64,000 bases of DNA, from NCBI GenBank assembly GCA_016873715.1, contig VGWF01000007.1, positions 405 through 64,404 of the forward strand, given 5' to 3'. Positions 27,857 to 37,530 of this stretch are shown piece by piece; the stretch's first letter is position 1, and the number at the start of each line of letters is the position of its first letter. The stretch is from Lentisphaerota bacterium (lineage in GTDB: Bacteria > Verrucomicrobiota > Kiritimatiellia > PWTM01). The notes under the pieces were generated by a model. That model ran no database searches. It worked only from the letters and a program-made list of their open reading frames with translations, and was not told the origin of the DNA. The position numbers and the translations under genes are program-made.

Positions 27857-30800
27857 CGCGCGACCTCGCTCAGCGACCGGAAGTACTCGGACACCAGGTC
27901 GCGGTAGGCCGGCGGCGCGTCGTCGGCCGTCGACGCCTCCTGCGCGCCGATCAGGGGCATGCCGGCGTCCGCGGCCATGACGGGCGTGAAGACGCCCGGG
28001 CCGAGGTCGCCCTTCGTCTGCGCCAGCGCCGCGGCGGCCCGGCGCTGGTACTCGCGGACCTCGCGGATGGACGCGCCGTTGCGCATCGCATCCTCCGCCT
28101 GCCGCATCGCCCGCACCGCCTCGTCGAGATTGCCCGTCCGGATGTGCGCCATCGACGCCTTGGCGTAGAGCGCCTCCGCGTTGCGGCGCAGCATCGCCTG
28201 CAGGCCGAGTTCGGAGCGGGCCTGCGTCTTCGCGTCCTCGCGGGGCCCGGTGCCGGACATGCCGAGGCGGTCGCTGTAGCCCGAGCCCTTGCCGCCGCCC
28301 GTCGCCTTGGCGTCGGCATGCCCCTCCTCCTGCACCTGGCCGGATTGCGGCGAGTCCTGCGTGCGCCGCGCCTCGATGTTGTTGTCGCCCTCGTTGATCT
28401 TGCCGGACCCGGCGACCGTCTCGCCGTCCGCCATGCCCTGGCGGCCGACCAGCGAGCGTCCGTCCTGGTCCTTGTGATCCGGCCGCTCGTTGCCGGACTT
28501 CCCCTTCGCGCTGAAGTTCGCGAACTCGCCCTCGGCGATGCCCCAGCCCGCCGCCATGTCGGCCGAACCCTGGTTCGTCGCCGAGTCGTCGGACTCGTTC
28601 ATGATCTCCTCCTCCTGCTCGAGGAGGTCGCCGATGATGTCCTCGATCTCGCTGGCGAGCGGGATGACGGGGATCTCCGGGAGTTCCTGCTGGTCGAAGT
28701 TCTCGGTGTTGCGCTTGGTCGCGTCGGGCTGCGCGACGAGCCACATCTCCATGTCGTCGAGCCGCTCGGTGGCGGTCTCGAGGGCCTCGAGGATCCAGTC
28801 CTCCTTCTGCAGCCCGAGTTCCGACGCCGCGGCGGACTCGGACCCCGGGACCTGGGCGACCTCCTCGTAGATCTGGAAGACATCCGCGACCATGTCGTTG
28901 CCGACGGGCAGCTCGGGGAAGATGTGGAGGTCGGTCGCAATCTTGAGCAGCGACTCCGCCATGTTGGCCTTGAGCTCGCCGAGCTCCTCGTCGAGCGCCT
29001 CCATGTCCTTTCCGGAATGGTCCTTCTGCTGCTCGGTCTGGCGGATCGCGTCGACGATCTTCGCGTGGAGGCCCGTCAGCTTCTTCATCTTGTCGGCCGC
29101 CTCGGCGACGGCCTCGCCCATCGTGTCGGCCTTCTCCTGGGCGTCGAGCGCACGCCACTTGTTGAGGAGCGCCTGGAACTCCTTGAGATGCGCAAGCGCC
29201 TGGGTCTGCAGCGGCACGGCCTTCGCAAGATCGTTGCCCTCGAGGTGGCCGGCCGCCGCGATCATCGTCGGGGCGACCTTGCGCGTCTCGCACTCGGTGG
29301 CGACCTGCCCGACGAGCGCCGCGAAGCCGGCATCGGTCTTCGCGACCTCCGCCATGTCGCGCCGGCACACGCGGACGAACTCGCCCGTGTCCTCGGCCAG
29401 CCGGTCCTGCCGGTCGACCAGCGGCTTCGGAACGGACGCCGACGCGGCGGCGGCCTTCGTCGAGGTCTCGAGGACCTCGCCCTGCCCCTGCACGAGCGCG
29501 TCGAGGAGCGCGAAGAGCCCGGTCAGCTGCTTGTGCGCCGCGACGCGCGCCATCCCCTCCTCCGCCGCGGTGAGCGCGCGCAGGATGGCCCCCTCGAGCG
29601 CCACGGCGCGCCGCGCGAGCACCGGGCGCTCCGCGTCCGGCGATTTCGGCACCCGCGCGACGACGCCGACGGCCTCGCGCATCGGCCCCGCCTGGAGGTC
29701 GCGCACGACCTGCTCCAGCGCGCCCAGCGGCCGGACCGGGTCGGCGAGCAGCGCCCCCGCGCGCCGGAGGATGTCCTCCTGGACGCCGCGCACCGCATCC
29801 CACGCCTCCGGGGCGGACCCGCCGGCCTTCTCCAGCGCCGTCGTCTTCTCCAGGTTCTTCCGCTGGAGCTCGACCATGTGCGCCAGCGTCTGCCCCGAGG
29901 CGGCCACCGCGGCCTGCGCGGCGACGGCGGCGCCGGTCACCGCCGGATCGAAGTACACCAGCGTGGACACCGCGCGCGGCGCCCGGGCGCCGGGCAGGTT
30001 GTCCGTCGCGGTGACGCGGTAGACGAGCGGCCGCCCGCCCTCCGGCCACGCGGCATCGGCGCCATCCCAGAGCTGCCGGAAGGCGGCCTCCCCCCGCAGC
30101 GGCCAGTCCGCGACCGCGACGGCGGTCCTCTGCGTGTCCCCCGGGAAGATCTGTTCGAGGGCGACCGCGGCGATCCCGTGGTCGTCGGTGACCTCCCACT
30201 GGATCCGCGGCAGCGCGCCGGGGCCGAGTTTGACCCGCGACGCGGGCGTCAGGATGCGGATCACCGGCGGCTGGTCCGGCGCGACCTCGAGCTCGCCCTC
30301 GCAGGTGGCGCCGAATCCATCGGCGTCGGCGATCGTGAACGTCAACGGTCCCGAGGCCGCCGCGGCAACCGATCCGGTCCAGAGCGCGCCGCTTGCCGCG
30401 CGCGCCAGGGCGCCGGTTCCGGCGGATCCGGACGCGGCGGTCGCGGCGGCCAGGTCGCGGTTGGCCTCGACCTCGATCCGGACCGTCGAGCCCTGCGGCG
30501 CGGCGATGCGCTCCTTCAGCACGTCGAAGACGCGGCCGGTGGCCTGCAGGTAGTCCGGGGGTGTCACGCGCGCGGTCAGCCGGGCGAAGGCCGGCGGCGG
30601 AACGGCCGTCACCGTGTGCCGGGGCGCGAGCGCGTCGCCGGCGCGGAAACGGTAGCCGAGATTCCCCGTCAGGCGCGGCAGGGGATACTCGAACCGCTCC
30701 TCGCCCCGCCCCGCGAGGCGGCCGACCTCCACCACCGCGCGGCGGTCGTCCGCCGGCCACAACTCGACGGACACCGGCTGTCCGGCCTTCCCCTCCGCGC

Positions 30801-31425
30801 GCACCGCGAGCACGAGCGGCCGGCCCGAAAGCGCGCGCGCGCTGCCGGGCTCGACGGCGACGATGCGCGCGAGCGTCGCGGGGGACCGCGCGGAAAGCGG
30901 GTTCGCGACGCGCAGCACCGCGTTCGCCCAGGCCGGCCCGGACCACCACCACCCGCCGCCCGTCATCGCCGCGGCGACCGCCAGCGCCCCGGCCGCGATC
31001 CACGCGGCGCGGCGGTTCCCGAGGGCCGCCGGGGAGAGACGCCCGACGTCCGGCGGAGTCTCGCCCAGGTAGGCCGCCACCATCGCATCCGGCTCGGGGA
31101 CGCCGGAGAACTGGACGAAGTTGATCAGGCGGTTGTCGAGATCGGGGAAGGCCTTCTCCAGCCGGGCGGCGATGCCCTCCGGCGTCACGCGGCGCATCAG
31201 CGCGCGCAGGACGATCCCCAGCGCGGTCACCGCCACCGCCGCCAGCACCGCGAAGCAGACCACGCGGCCCGCGCGTTCGTAGCGGAAGAACAGGTCGAGC
31301 GCCGCCAGCACGCTCAGCAACGCGGCCGCCGCGGAGGCGCCGAGCACGGCCCGGCGCACCGCCTCGCGCGCGTGAACCACGCGGCCGAGCCGGAGCAGGT
31401 CCGAGGCTGTGCGTCCCGTCGTCAC
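27853..31425 (-). CDS. Large membrane-anchored protein, DUF4175-like (family assigned by recall), with an acidic C-terminal region
   Basis: 1190 aa. Two N-terminal TM helices flank RYERAGRV. A long beta-rich ectodomain and a helical region follow. The tail is Asp/Glu/Gly-rich (EEEIMNESDDSATNQGSADMAAGWGIAEGEF...). Its position after the BatA/VWA genes matches what I recall for DUF4175 neighbourhoods. Confidence 0.6.
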   Translation of the reverse strand: MTTGRTASDLLRLGRVVHAREAVRRAVLGASAAAALLSVLAALDLFFRYERAGRVVCFAVLAAVAVTALGIVLRALMRRVTPEGIAARLEKAFPDLDNRLINFVQFSGVPEPDAMVAAYLGETPPDVGRLSPAALGNRRAAWIAAGALAVAAAMTGGGWWWSGPAWANAVLRVANPLSARSPATLARIVAVEPGSARALSGRPLVLAVRAEGKAGQPVSVELWPADDRRAVVEVGRLAGRGEERFEYPLPRLTGNLGYRFRAGDALAPRHTVTAVPPPAFARLTARVTPPDYLQATGRVFDVLKERIAAPQGSTVRIEVEANRDLAAATAASGSAGTGALARAASGALWTGSVAAAASGPLTFTIADADGFGATCEGELEVAPDQPPVIRILTPASRVKLGPGALPRIQWEVTDDHGIAAVALEQIFPGDTQRTAVAVADWPLRGEAAFRQLWDGADAAWPEGGRPLVYRVTATDNLPGARAPRAVSTLVYFDPAVTGAAVAAQAAVAASGQTLAHMVELQRKNLEKTTALEKAGGSAPEAWDAVRGVQEDILRRAGALLADPVRPLGALEQVVRDLQAGPMREAVGVVARVPKSPDAERPVLARRAVALEGAILRALTAAEEGMARVAAHKQLTGLFALLDALVQGQGEVLETSTKAAAASASVPKPLVDRQDRLAEDTGEFVRVCRRDMAEVAKTDAGFAALVGQVATECETRKVAPTMIAAAGHLEGNDLAKAVPLQTQALAHLKEFQALLNKWRALDAQEKADTMGEAVAEAADKMKKLTGLHAKIVDAIRQTEQQKDHSGKDMEALDEELGELKANMAESLLKIATDLHIFPELPVGNDMVADVFQIYEEVAQVPGSESAAASELGLQKEDWILEALETATERLDDMEMWLVAQPDATKRNTENFDQQELPEIPVIPLASEIEDIIGDLLEQEEEIMNESDDSATNQGSADMAAGWGIAEGEFANFSAKGKSGNERPDHKDQDGRSLVGRQGMADGETVAGSGKINEGDNNIEARRTQDSPQSGQVQEEGHADAKATGGGKGSGYSDRLGMSGTGPREDAKTQARSELGLQAMLRRNAEALYAKASMAHIRTGNLDEAVRAMRQAEDAMRNGASIREVREYQRRAAAALAQTKGDLGPGVFTPVMAADAGMPLIGAQEASTADDAPPAYRDLVSEYFRSLSEVAR

Positions 31426-31426
31426 A

Positions 31427-32107
31427 TCACCGGCCCTTCTTCACGGGTCCCAGGGGTTCCAGGGTCACGTCATCCACCTGCAGGTCGCCGGCCTTGCCGC
31501 CGATGGCGACGATGTGGACGATCACGAACTTGATCGTGCCGTAGATGTCCTTCTGGACGTCGGACTTGAAGGCGTCCGGGAACTCGAACTGCGCGGTCGA
31601 CCACGCCCGGCCGACTCCGCCCATGTCGCCGGCCTTCTGCGCGCCGAAGTAGAGCTGCGTGAACTTGTAGCACTTGCGGAGCTCGGCCATGTCGGGGTTG
31701 TCGTGCGGCTTGATGCCGGGGCGCCAGCGGTAGCCCTCGAGCAGGATGCGGCAGCTCGGTCCCGCCGCCCTGGCCGCGGCGCTGAAGCGGTAGCGCGTGG
31801 CCGTGTCGATCGGGATCGGCTTGCTGTCGGCCTTCACGCCCTGGTTGATCGCAAGGTCGTCGGTCTTCACGTAGAGCCGCATCACGCCCTTCCGCCCCGC
31901 GGACTCGGTCATCACGGACACGAGATCCTTGTTCTCCGCGTACCAGCTCTCGCCGGGCAGGTTGCAGTCCGTCCGCCAGCCCGCCAGCGGATCCTTCGGA
32001 TCGTCGAAGCTCCCGTTGGCCACGAGGTTCGTGCGCGCCGCCTGCGCCGCCGCGGCAACGCCCAGGAGCGCCGCCGCGACCGCCGCCCACCGCCATCGTC
32101 CGGTCAT
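31427..32107 (-). CDS. Secreted CBM4/9-like (galactose-binding-like) domain protein
   Basis: 226 aa with a signal peptide. NLVANGSFDDPKDPLAGW resembles the start of a CBM_4_9 domain. Confidence 0.55.
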   Translation of the reverse strand: MTGRWRWAAVAAALLGVAAAAQAARTNLVANGSFDDPKDPLAGWRTDCNLPGESWYAENKDLVSVMTESAGRKGVMRLYVKTDDLAINQGVKADSKPIPIDTATRYRFSAAARAAGPSCRILLEGYRWRPGIKPHDNPDMAELRKCYKFTQLYFGAQKAGDMGGVGRAWSTAQFEFPDAFKSDVQKDIYGTIKFVIVHIVAIGGKAGDLQVDDVTLEPLGPVKKGR

Positions 32108-32180
32108 CGTCCCGTCCTCCGTCCGTCACGTCTCACGATACTCCCCCCGCCCCCGCCCGGCACGCCGAAACAGCCCCCCC

Positions 32181-34388
32181 CTACGCCATGTTCGACTTCC
32201 GCCGGACGAGCCATTCGAACGTCAGCAGTCCCATCAGGAGCCCGAGGGTCAGCCCGTGGTTCCACATCGACCGGTAGGACACGCGCGATTCCTCGCGGCC
32301 CTCGGACTGCAGCCCGTCGACGAGCGCGCCGACCTCGCCGGGCTCGATGAGCCGGCCCCCGCTGCTCCCGGCCAGCTTCTCGAGCAGGTCGAGGTTCGCG
32401 GGCCGCGGCGTCGATTCGGCATTCACGCTGCGGACGAAGAACGAGAACGGCCCCGACTCGACCTTCCTGCCCTCCAGCACCGCGACGGCCCGCGCCTTGT
32501 GCAGGCCGGACGCCTCGGGCGTGAACTTGAGTCCGAAGCCCGGCGACGACTTGCCGGTCGCCGTCGTGATCGCCTGGGCTGCCATCGGGAACGGCAGGAC
32601 GCGTCCGTCGGGCGCCGTGATCTCGCACGTGACCGCCGCCGCCGCCCCGTTCTCGCCGCCGACGCGGGCGGAGAGGTCGACGCCCTCGCCGAGGTGGAGG
32701 CTCGACAGGTTGCCGAAGAGGTCGACCTCGAACGCGGCGAGCTTCTCCTGCTCCGGGGACAGCCAGTTGAGCATCTGGTTCCAGAACCGCTGGTAGGGCG
32801 AATCCTCGCCCGGCGCCAGCGCCCAGCGCCACATCGACTCGGTCAGCAGCACCGCGACCTTGCCCTGGCCGTAGCGCTGCACCGCGATCAGCGGCTCCTC
32901 GCCCGCGGGGGTGCGGGCGTTCGCGAGGACCGTCCCGCCGCGGGTCACCGTGGCGCCCGGGAAGACCGTCAGAACCGGCGGCAGGGCCTCCCAGACCGTC
33001 CCCTCCCCCTTGAACACCGGGTGCGCGCGGCCCTCGTCGGTCAGGGTCACCGGGAACGTGCCCTCCTGGACGGGCGCGACCGCCTTCCGCTCGACGGGCA
33101 GCAGCTTCTTCAGCGGACTCGTCTCGAGCCCGGCGTCGCCCCAGCCCTTCGCCCCGCCGAGCAGCACGAGGTTGCCGCCCTCGGCGACGAACTTCGCGAT
33201 CGCCTCGGCGCGCTCGGGGCGCAGCGTCGCGGCGTCGAGGTCGCCGAGCACGATCATCTTGTAGCCCGCGAGTTGCTCGGCGGTGAGGTCGAGCGTCATG
33301 GTCCCGCGCCCGCCGTAGGTCAGGAAGCGGCCGTCCGGCCCGCGCACGAACGCGAGCGGCGTGACGGTCCCGCCGGCGCGCAGCGCGCGAATCAGGTACT
33401 TCGACTCCCATCGCGGCACGTCCTCGAGGTAGAGGAGCCGGTTCTGCGCGTCGACGACCTGCACCGACACGGCGCTGGCGTTGTCGTTGGTCTGCGTCTC
33501 GCCCTCGAGCGGCGGAACCTCGACGCGGTACGTGAACGAGCCGGTGGCCGGGTTGTCGAGCTGGAAACTGACGTCGCGCGTGCCGCCGCCGCCGCCGAGC
33601 TGGGTGGGGATCTCCTGCAGAAGCTGGTCGTTGCGGTAGAGCCGCACCGAGATCGCCCGGCCTGCCGGCGCCTCGCCGGAGATCGCCGCCGTCAGCCTGG
33701 ATTCCCATCCGACCACCACCCGCAGCGGCGTCTCGATCGTCTCGACGCGCACGTCCGGCGGTCGCTGCACCGCGGGCACCGGACGCTCGAGGCGTACCGC
33801 GTGGATCGGGAACGGCCAGGGGCCGGAGGCCCAGTCGTCGCGCAGCTCGCGCGTGTCGAGGCCGTCGCTCAGGACCAGCATGCCCGCGACCGGCTGGCCG
33901 CGATGGAGGCCGGCCAGCCGCTCGATGCCCGCGCGCAGGCGCGTCGACGTGCCGTCCGGCACCAGCTCCGCCGCGGCCGGCGCGTCGATCCGGGCCCCGG
34001 TCTCGGCGCCGAACGGATGGACGTCCACCGCGAACCGGCCCGCCGCGGACTTCGGCCAGCCCTGGCGCAGCACCGCGCGCGCCGTATCCCAGCGCGTCGT
34101 TCCCGCGCCGTCGGGCGCCGTGGCCATGCTCGCCGAGGTGTCGACCAGCACCAGCAGCCGCGGCCGCAGCATCTCGCGGTCCGCGTGGCGCACGGAGGGC
34201 ATCCACAGGCACCAGCCGAGCCCCGCGAGGAAGAGCAGGCGCATCACCACCAGCAGCACGCCCAGCCGGTCGAGACGCAGAAGCCACCACGCCAGCAGCA
34301 CGCAGAGGGCAACCGCCGCGCCCGCCGCCGTCCAGAGGCCCCAGGCCGGCATCGTGTGCTCGAAGATCCAGGCGCCGGGGCCGTTCAT
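32181..34388 (-). CDS. Membrane protein with a VWA domain, a class-I glutamine-amidotransferase-like (DUF1355-type) domain and a C-terminal TM anchor
   Basis: 735 aa starting MNGPGAWIFEH, with two TM helices. The MIDAS motif is LVLVDTSASM. The middle region contains YKMIVLGD..FVAEGGNLVLLGG. The C-terminal helix is GLTLGLLMGLLTFEWLV. This is the 3' part of track ORF 32181..36557. Confidence 0.7.
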   Translation of the reverse strand: MNGPGAWIFEHTMPAWGLWTAAGAAVALCVLLAWWLLRLDRLGVLLVVMRLLFLAGLGWCLWMPSVRHADREMLRPRLLVLVDTSASMATAPDGAGTTRWDTARAVLRQGWPKSAAGRFAVDVHPFGAETGARIDAPAAAELVPDGTSTRLRAGIERLAGLHRGQPVAGMLVLSDGLDTRELRDDWASGPWPFPIHAVRLERPVPAVQRPPDVRVETIETPLRVVVGWESRLTAAISGEAPAGRAISVRLYRNDQLLQEIPTQLGGGGGTRDVSFQLDNPATGSFTYRVEVPPLEGETQTNDNASAVSVQVVDAQNRLLYLEDVPRWESKYLIRALRAGGTVTPLAFVRGPDGRFLTYGGRGTMTLDLTAEQLAGYKMIVLGDLDAATLRPERAEAIAKFVAEGGNLVLLGGAKGWGDAGLETSPLKKLLPVERKAVAPVQEGTFPVTLTDEGRAHPVFKGEGTVWEALPPVLTVFPGATVTRGGTVLANARTPAGEEPLIAVQRYGQGKVAVLLTESMWRWALAPGEDSPYQRFWNQMLNWLSPEQEKLAAFEVDLFGNLSSLHLGEGVDLSARVGGENGAAAAVTCEITAPDGRVLPFPMAAQAITTATGKSSPGFGLKFTPEASGLHKARAVAVLEGRKVESGPFSFFVRSVNAESTPRPANLDLLEKLAGSSGGRLIEPGEVGALVDGLQSEGREESRVSYRSMWNHGLTLGLLMGLLTFEWLVRRKSNMA

Positions 34389-36559
34389 GCGCCCTCCACC
34401 CGGACGCGGCCCGAGGCCTCGACCGTCCACCGGTTGCGCCGCGCCGCCGTGCGGCGGCTGACGCGGTTGGCCATGCCGAACTCGAGCACCGCGACGACCA
34501 GCGCGATCCAGAGCACCAGTTCGCCGAGCGGCCGGCCGACGCGGTGCTCCTCGACGCGCCGCGCCAGTTCCTCCCGGTCGCGCGCCACGTGGACCTGCTT
34601 CGACCCGATCAGCTTCGGCACGTCCCCCGCCTCCACCGGCGAGAGGTCCGACTCGCGGCGGTCGACGTTGATCGCCACGACCGGGCGCTTCGTCCCCGCC
34701 GCGTCCGAGGTCTCGTAGACGCCCGGCACGCGCGCGGCGTCGACCTGGAGGTCGGTGCGACCGTCGCGTTGCACGGGCCGCACGGAGGCCTTCGATCCAT
34801 CCGGCGCGAAGAGCGGGCTCTTCTCGGCCAGGCCGGCGGACGGCGGAAGGACGACGTCGCGCCCCGCGGTGAGCCAGAGCGGCTCGCGGACCAGTCCCGC
34901 GCCGTGGCGGACGACCTGGTGCACCAGGGGTAGGAAGATCGGCGTCAGCGGCAGATTGCTCCACGCGCGGTCGGCCGAGACCGTGAAGAGCAGGACCCGC
35001 CCCGCGCCGAAGGGACGGGCCATCAGGAGCGGAGCGTCGTCCTCCATCGCGATGAGCGTCTCCGCGTCCGCCGCCGGCGCCGCGAGACGGGCCGACCGCT
35101 TGAGGGCGATCGCGGGGACGACGCCCGGGGGCAGGAGCAGGCCGTGGAAGAGCGGATCGGCCGGCTTCTTCAGGCGAAGCGTGCGCCGACCGGAGCCGGC
35201 GGGGATCTCGTCGACTCCGACGGGGCGGGCGGGCAGCCACGAGAGGTTGTCGTAGTCGGTGGGACCGCCCCAGTCGCCCGGGAAGACCGCAACGAGGCCG
35301 CCGTCCCGGACGTAGCGCTCGATCTCGAGCAGCATGGCGCCGGCGAGCGGAGCGGCATTGCAGAGGAAGATGCAGCCCTGCCCCTGCGACGACCGGGGAG
35401 CCCACTCGGCGGCCCCCATCGCGCGCGGCGCCATGCCCGTGGTCCGCGCGCCGGGGCTGAGGGCGCGGGTCAGGAAGACGAGATCGCCCTCGTCGCCGAT
35501 GCAAAGGACCGGGACCCTGTCGCGGACATGCAGCACGGCGTGGAAGGCGTCGTCGATCGCCAGCCCGTCCGGCGCGGTCGCCACGCTGACGGCATGAACG
35601 CCCGGCGCAAGATCGGGCAGCGGGAAGGTGGTCTCGGTCGCGGCCCGGCCCGCCGGCATCGTCTGACGCGCCACCTCGCGCCCGCCGATCGAAAGCGTCA
35701 GCGTGGTGTCCCGCGCCGGGCCGCTCTGCATCGTGCGCACGGCGAACTGCGCCGGCGTCCCCGCCAGCAGCAGCGACGGCTGCACCTCGACCTCGACCGG
35801 CGCGGAGTTCTCGGGCGAGCCGGCGCCGAGCAGGGCGGCGAAGAAGACGATCCGCTCGTCGACGGCCTTCGGATCCCACACGGCGGCGGATGCGTTCGTC
35901 GCCCCGGCCTCCGCGCCCGGCGCCCCGCGGGCCGGGAAGCCGCTCCACGTGAGGGCCTGCCCGTCGGTGACGATGTAGACCTCGCGTTCGCGCGAGCCGG
36001 ATTCCTTCAGCGCGTCGCAGGCTGCACGAAGCGCGGGCGCGAGGAGCGCCACGCCCGCCTCGGGTTCCTGCTGGCGGACCTGGCCCTCGATGAACTTGAC
36101 GTCCGGCGTCGGCGCGGCCGCGAGCGCGGTGACCTGCGCGCCGGCCGTGTGGAGACACGCGCGATCCCCCGCGCCCAGCGTCCCGAGGATGTTGAGGACG
36201 ACCTGGCGGGCGTCCTCCCACACCTTCCGGCCGCCGGTCTCGTAGGTCATGCTGTGCGACACGTCCCACACGATCGCGATGTCCCGGCGCGACCGCCCGA
36301 GGAAGCCCGCCGTCCGGCTGCGGACGACCGGCAGCGCGAAGGCGAAGGCGAGAAGCAGGAGCAGGATCGTCCGCAGCATCCACAGGAGGAAGTTCTCCAT
36401 CCGGACGCGGTGCGACGACTGCCGCTGGGCCAGTTGCAGGAACCGGATGGTCGGGAAGCGGATCCGCACGGCGCGCCGCCGCGCGAGGAGATGCAGGATG
36501 AGCGGGATCGTCGCCGCGAGCCCGGCCCAGAGGAACACCGGATTGAGGAACGACCACAT
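34385..36559 (-). CDS. BatA-type double-TM N-terminal domain plus VWA domain protein
   Basis: 724 aa. MWSFLNPVFLWAGLAATIPLILHLLARRR is the classic BatA N-terminus. The MIDAS motif is IAIVWDVSHSM. Confidence 0.75.
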   Translation of the reverse strand: MWSFLNPVFLWAGLAATIPLILHLLARRRAVRIRFPTIRFLQLAQRQSSHRVRMENFLLWMLRTILLLLLAFAFALPVVRSRTAGFLGRSRRDIAIVWDVSHSMTYETGGRKVWEDARQVVLNILGTLGAGDRACLHTAGAQVTALAAAPTPDVKFIEGQVRQQEPEAGVALLAPALRAACDALKESGSREREVYIVTDGQALTWSGFPARGAPGAEAGATNASAAVWDPKAVDERIVFFAALLGAGSPENSAPVEVEVQPSLLLAGTPAQFAVRTMQSGPARDTTLTLSIGGREVARQTMPAGRAATETTFPLPDLAPGVHAVSVATAPDGLAIDDAFHAVLHVRDRVPVLCIGDEGDLVFLTRALSPGARTTGMAPRAMGAAEWAPRSSQGQGCIFLCNAAPLAGAMLLEIERYVRDGGLVAVFPGDWGGPTDYDNLSWLPARPVGVDEIPAGSGRRTLRLKKPADPLFHGLLLPPGVVPAIALKRSARLAAPAADAETLIAMEDDAPLLMARPFGAGRVLLFTVSADRAWSNLPLTPIFLPLVHQVVRHGAGLVREPLWLTAGRDVVLPPSAGLAEKSPLFAPDGSKASVRPVQRDGRTDLQVDAARVPGVYETSDAAGTKRPVVAINVDRRESDLSPVEAGDVPKLIGSKQVHVARDREELARRVEEHRVGRPLGELVLWIALVVAVLEFGMANRVSRRTAARRNRWTVEASGRVRVEGA

Positions 36560-36564
36560 GGGCC

Positions 36565-37464
36565 TCAGCGCGAGATGCGCTTCCGTTCCTCCAGGTAGGC
36601 GCGGACGAAGAGGTCGAGGTCGCGCTTCGTGTTGACGAGCCGGTAGTCGACGCGGAGCTGCGCGCAGGCCTGCCGGTGCTTCTCGATGAAATCGCCGAAG
36701 GCCTTGCGGTACTCGTCGCGCATCGACCGCGGGTCGGCGCCGATCTTCTCGCCCGTCTCGAGATCCTCGAACTCGGCCCCGCGCGGGAACGGAAGCTCCA
36801 ACTCGGCGTCGTCGAGGACGTGGAAGACGATCACGTCGTGGTGCTGACGCCGGAAATGGGCCAGCGCGAGGGCGATCTCGTCGGGGTCGTCGAGCAGGTC
36901 GCTCATCAGCACGATCAGGGCGCGGCGCTGGATGTCGTCGGCGATACGGTGCAAGGCCATCGCGGTCCGGGTCTTCTTCGACGGCCGGGCGCGGTCGAGC
37001 GTCGCGAGCATGTTCGAGAGGTGCGCGAAGGAGTTGCGGGCGCCGATCGCGGTGTTGAGCTTCTCCGAGAAGAGGTAGAGGCCGGCGGAATCGCGCGTGC
37101 GGATCACGACGTAGCCGAGCGCGGCGGCGAGGCGGACGGCATACTCGAACTTCGTGACGGTGCCCGAGCCGTAGTCCATCGACGCACTGCGGTCGACGAC
37201 GAGGTAGACGCGGAGGTTCGTCTCGTCCTCGTAGCGGCGGATGTAGTAGCGGTCAGTTCGGCCGAGCACCTTCCAGTCGAGCCGCTTGGGGTCGTCGCCC
37301 GCGATGTAGGCGCGGTGGTCGGCGAACTCCGAACTGGCGCCGCGGAACGGACTGCGGTGGCGTCCGGCCAGCGAGCCCTCGACGACGTAGCGCGACTGCA
37401 GCGTCAGCCGGTTCAGCCGCGACAGCTCGGCGGGGCTCAGGAACTTGTTGATGCCGACGGACAT
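36565..37464 (-). CDS. DUF58 protein (VWA-like partner of MoxR)
   Basis: 299 aa, with GRHRSPFRGASSEFADHRAYIAGDDPKRLDWKVLGRTDRYYIRRYEDE and VVDRSASM. Confidence 0.85.
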   Translation of the reverse strand: MSVGINKFLSPAELSRLNRLTLQSRYVVEGSLAGRHRSPFRGASSEFADHRAYIAGDDPKRLDWKVLGRTDRYYIRRYEDETNLRVYLVVDRSASMDYGSGTVTKFEYAVRLAAALGYVVIRTRDSAGLYLFSEKLNTAIGARNSFAHLSNMLATLDRARPSKKTRTAMALHRIADDIQRRALIVLMSDLLDDPDEIALALAHFRRQHHDVIVFHVLDDAELELPFPRGAEFEDLETGEKIGADPRSMRDEYRKAFGDFIEKHRQACAQLRVDYRLVNTKRDLDLFVRAYLEERKRISR

Positions 37465-37494
37465 CTCAGGGGAGGAGTTTCAAGCTCCGCATTC

Positions 37495-37530
37495 TTCTCT
37501 TTTCCGTCTTCCGTCTTCCGTTTTCCGTCC
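37495..37530 (-). repeat. Short tandem heptamer array (GACGGAA-like, 3-4 units) in an intergenic leader
   Basis: The plus strand reads TTCCGTC TTCCGTC TTCCGTT TTCCGTC. The array lies between the stop at 37531 and the DUF58 start at 37464. Confidence 0.6.
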
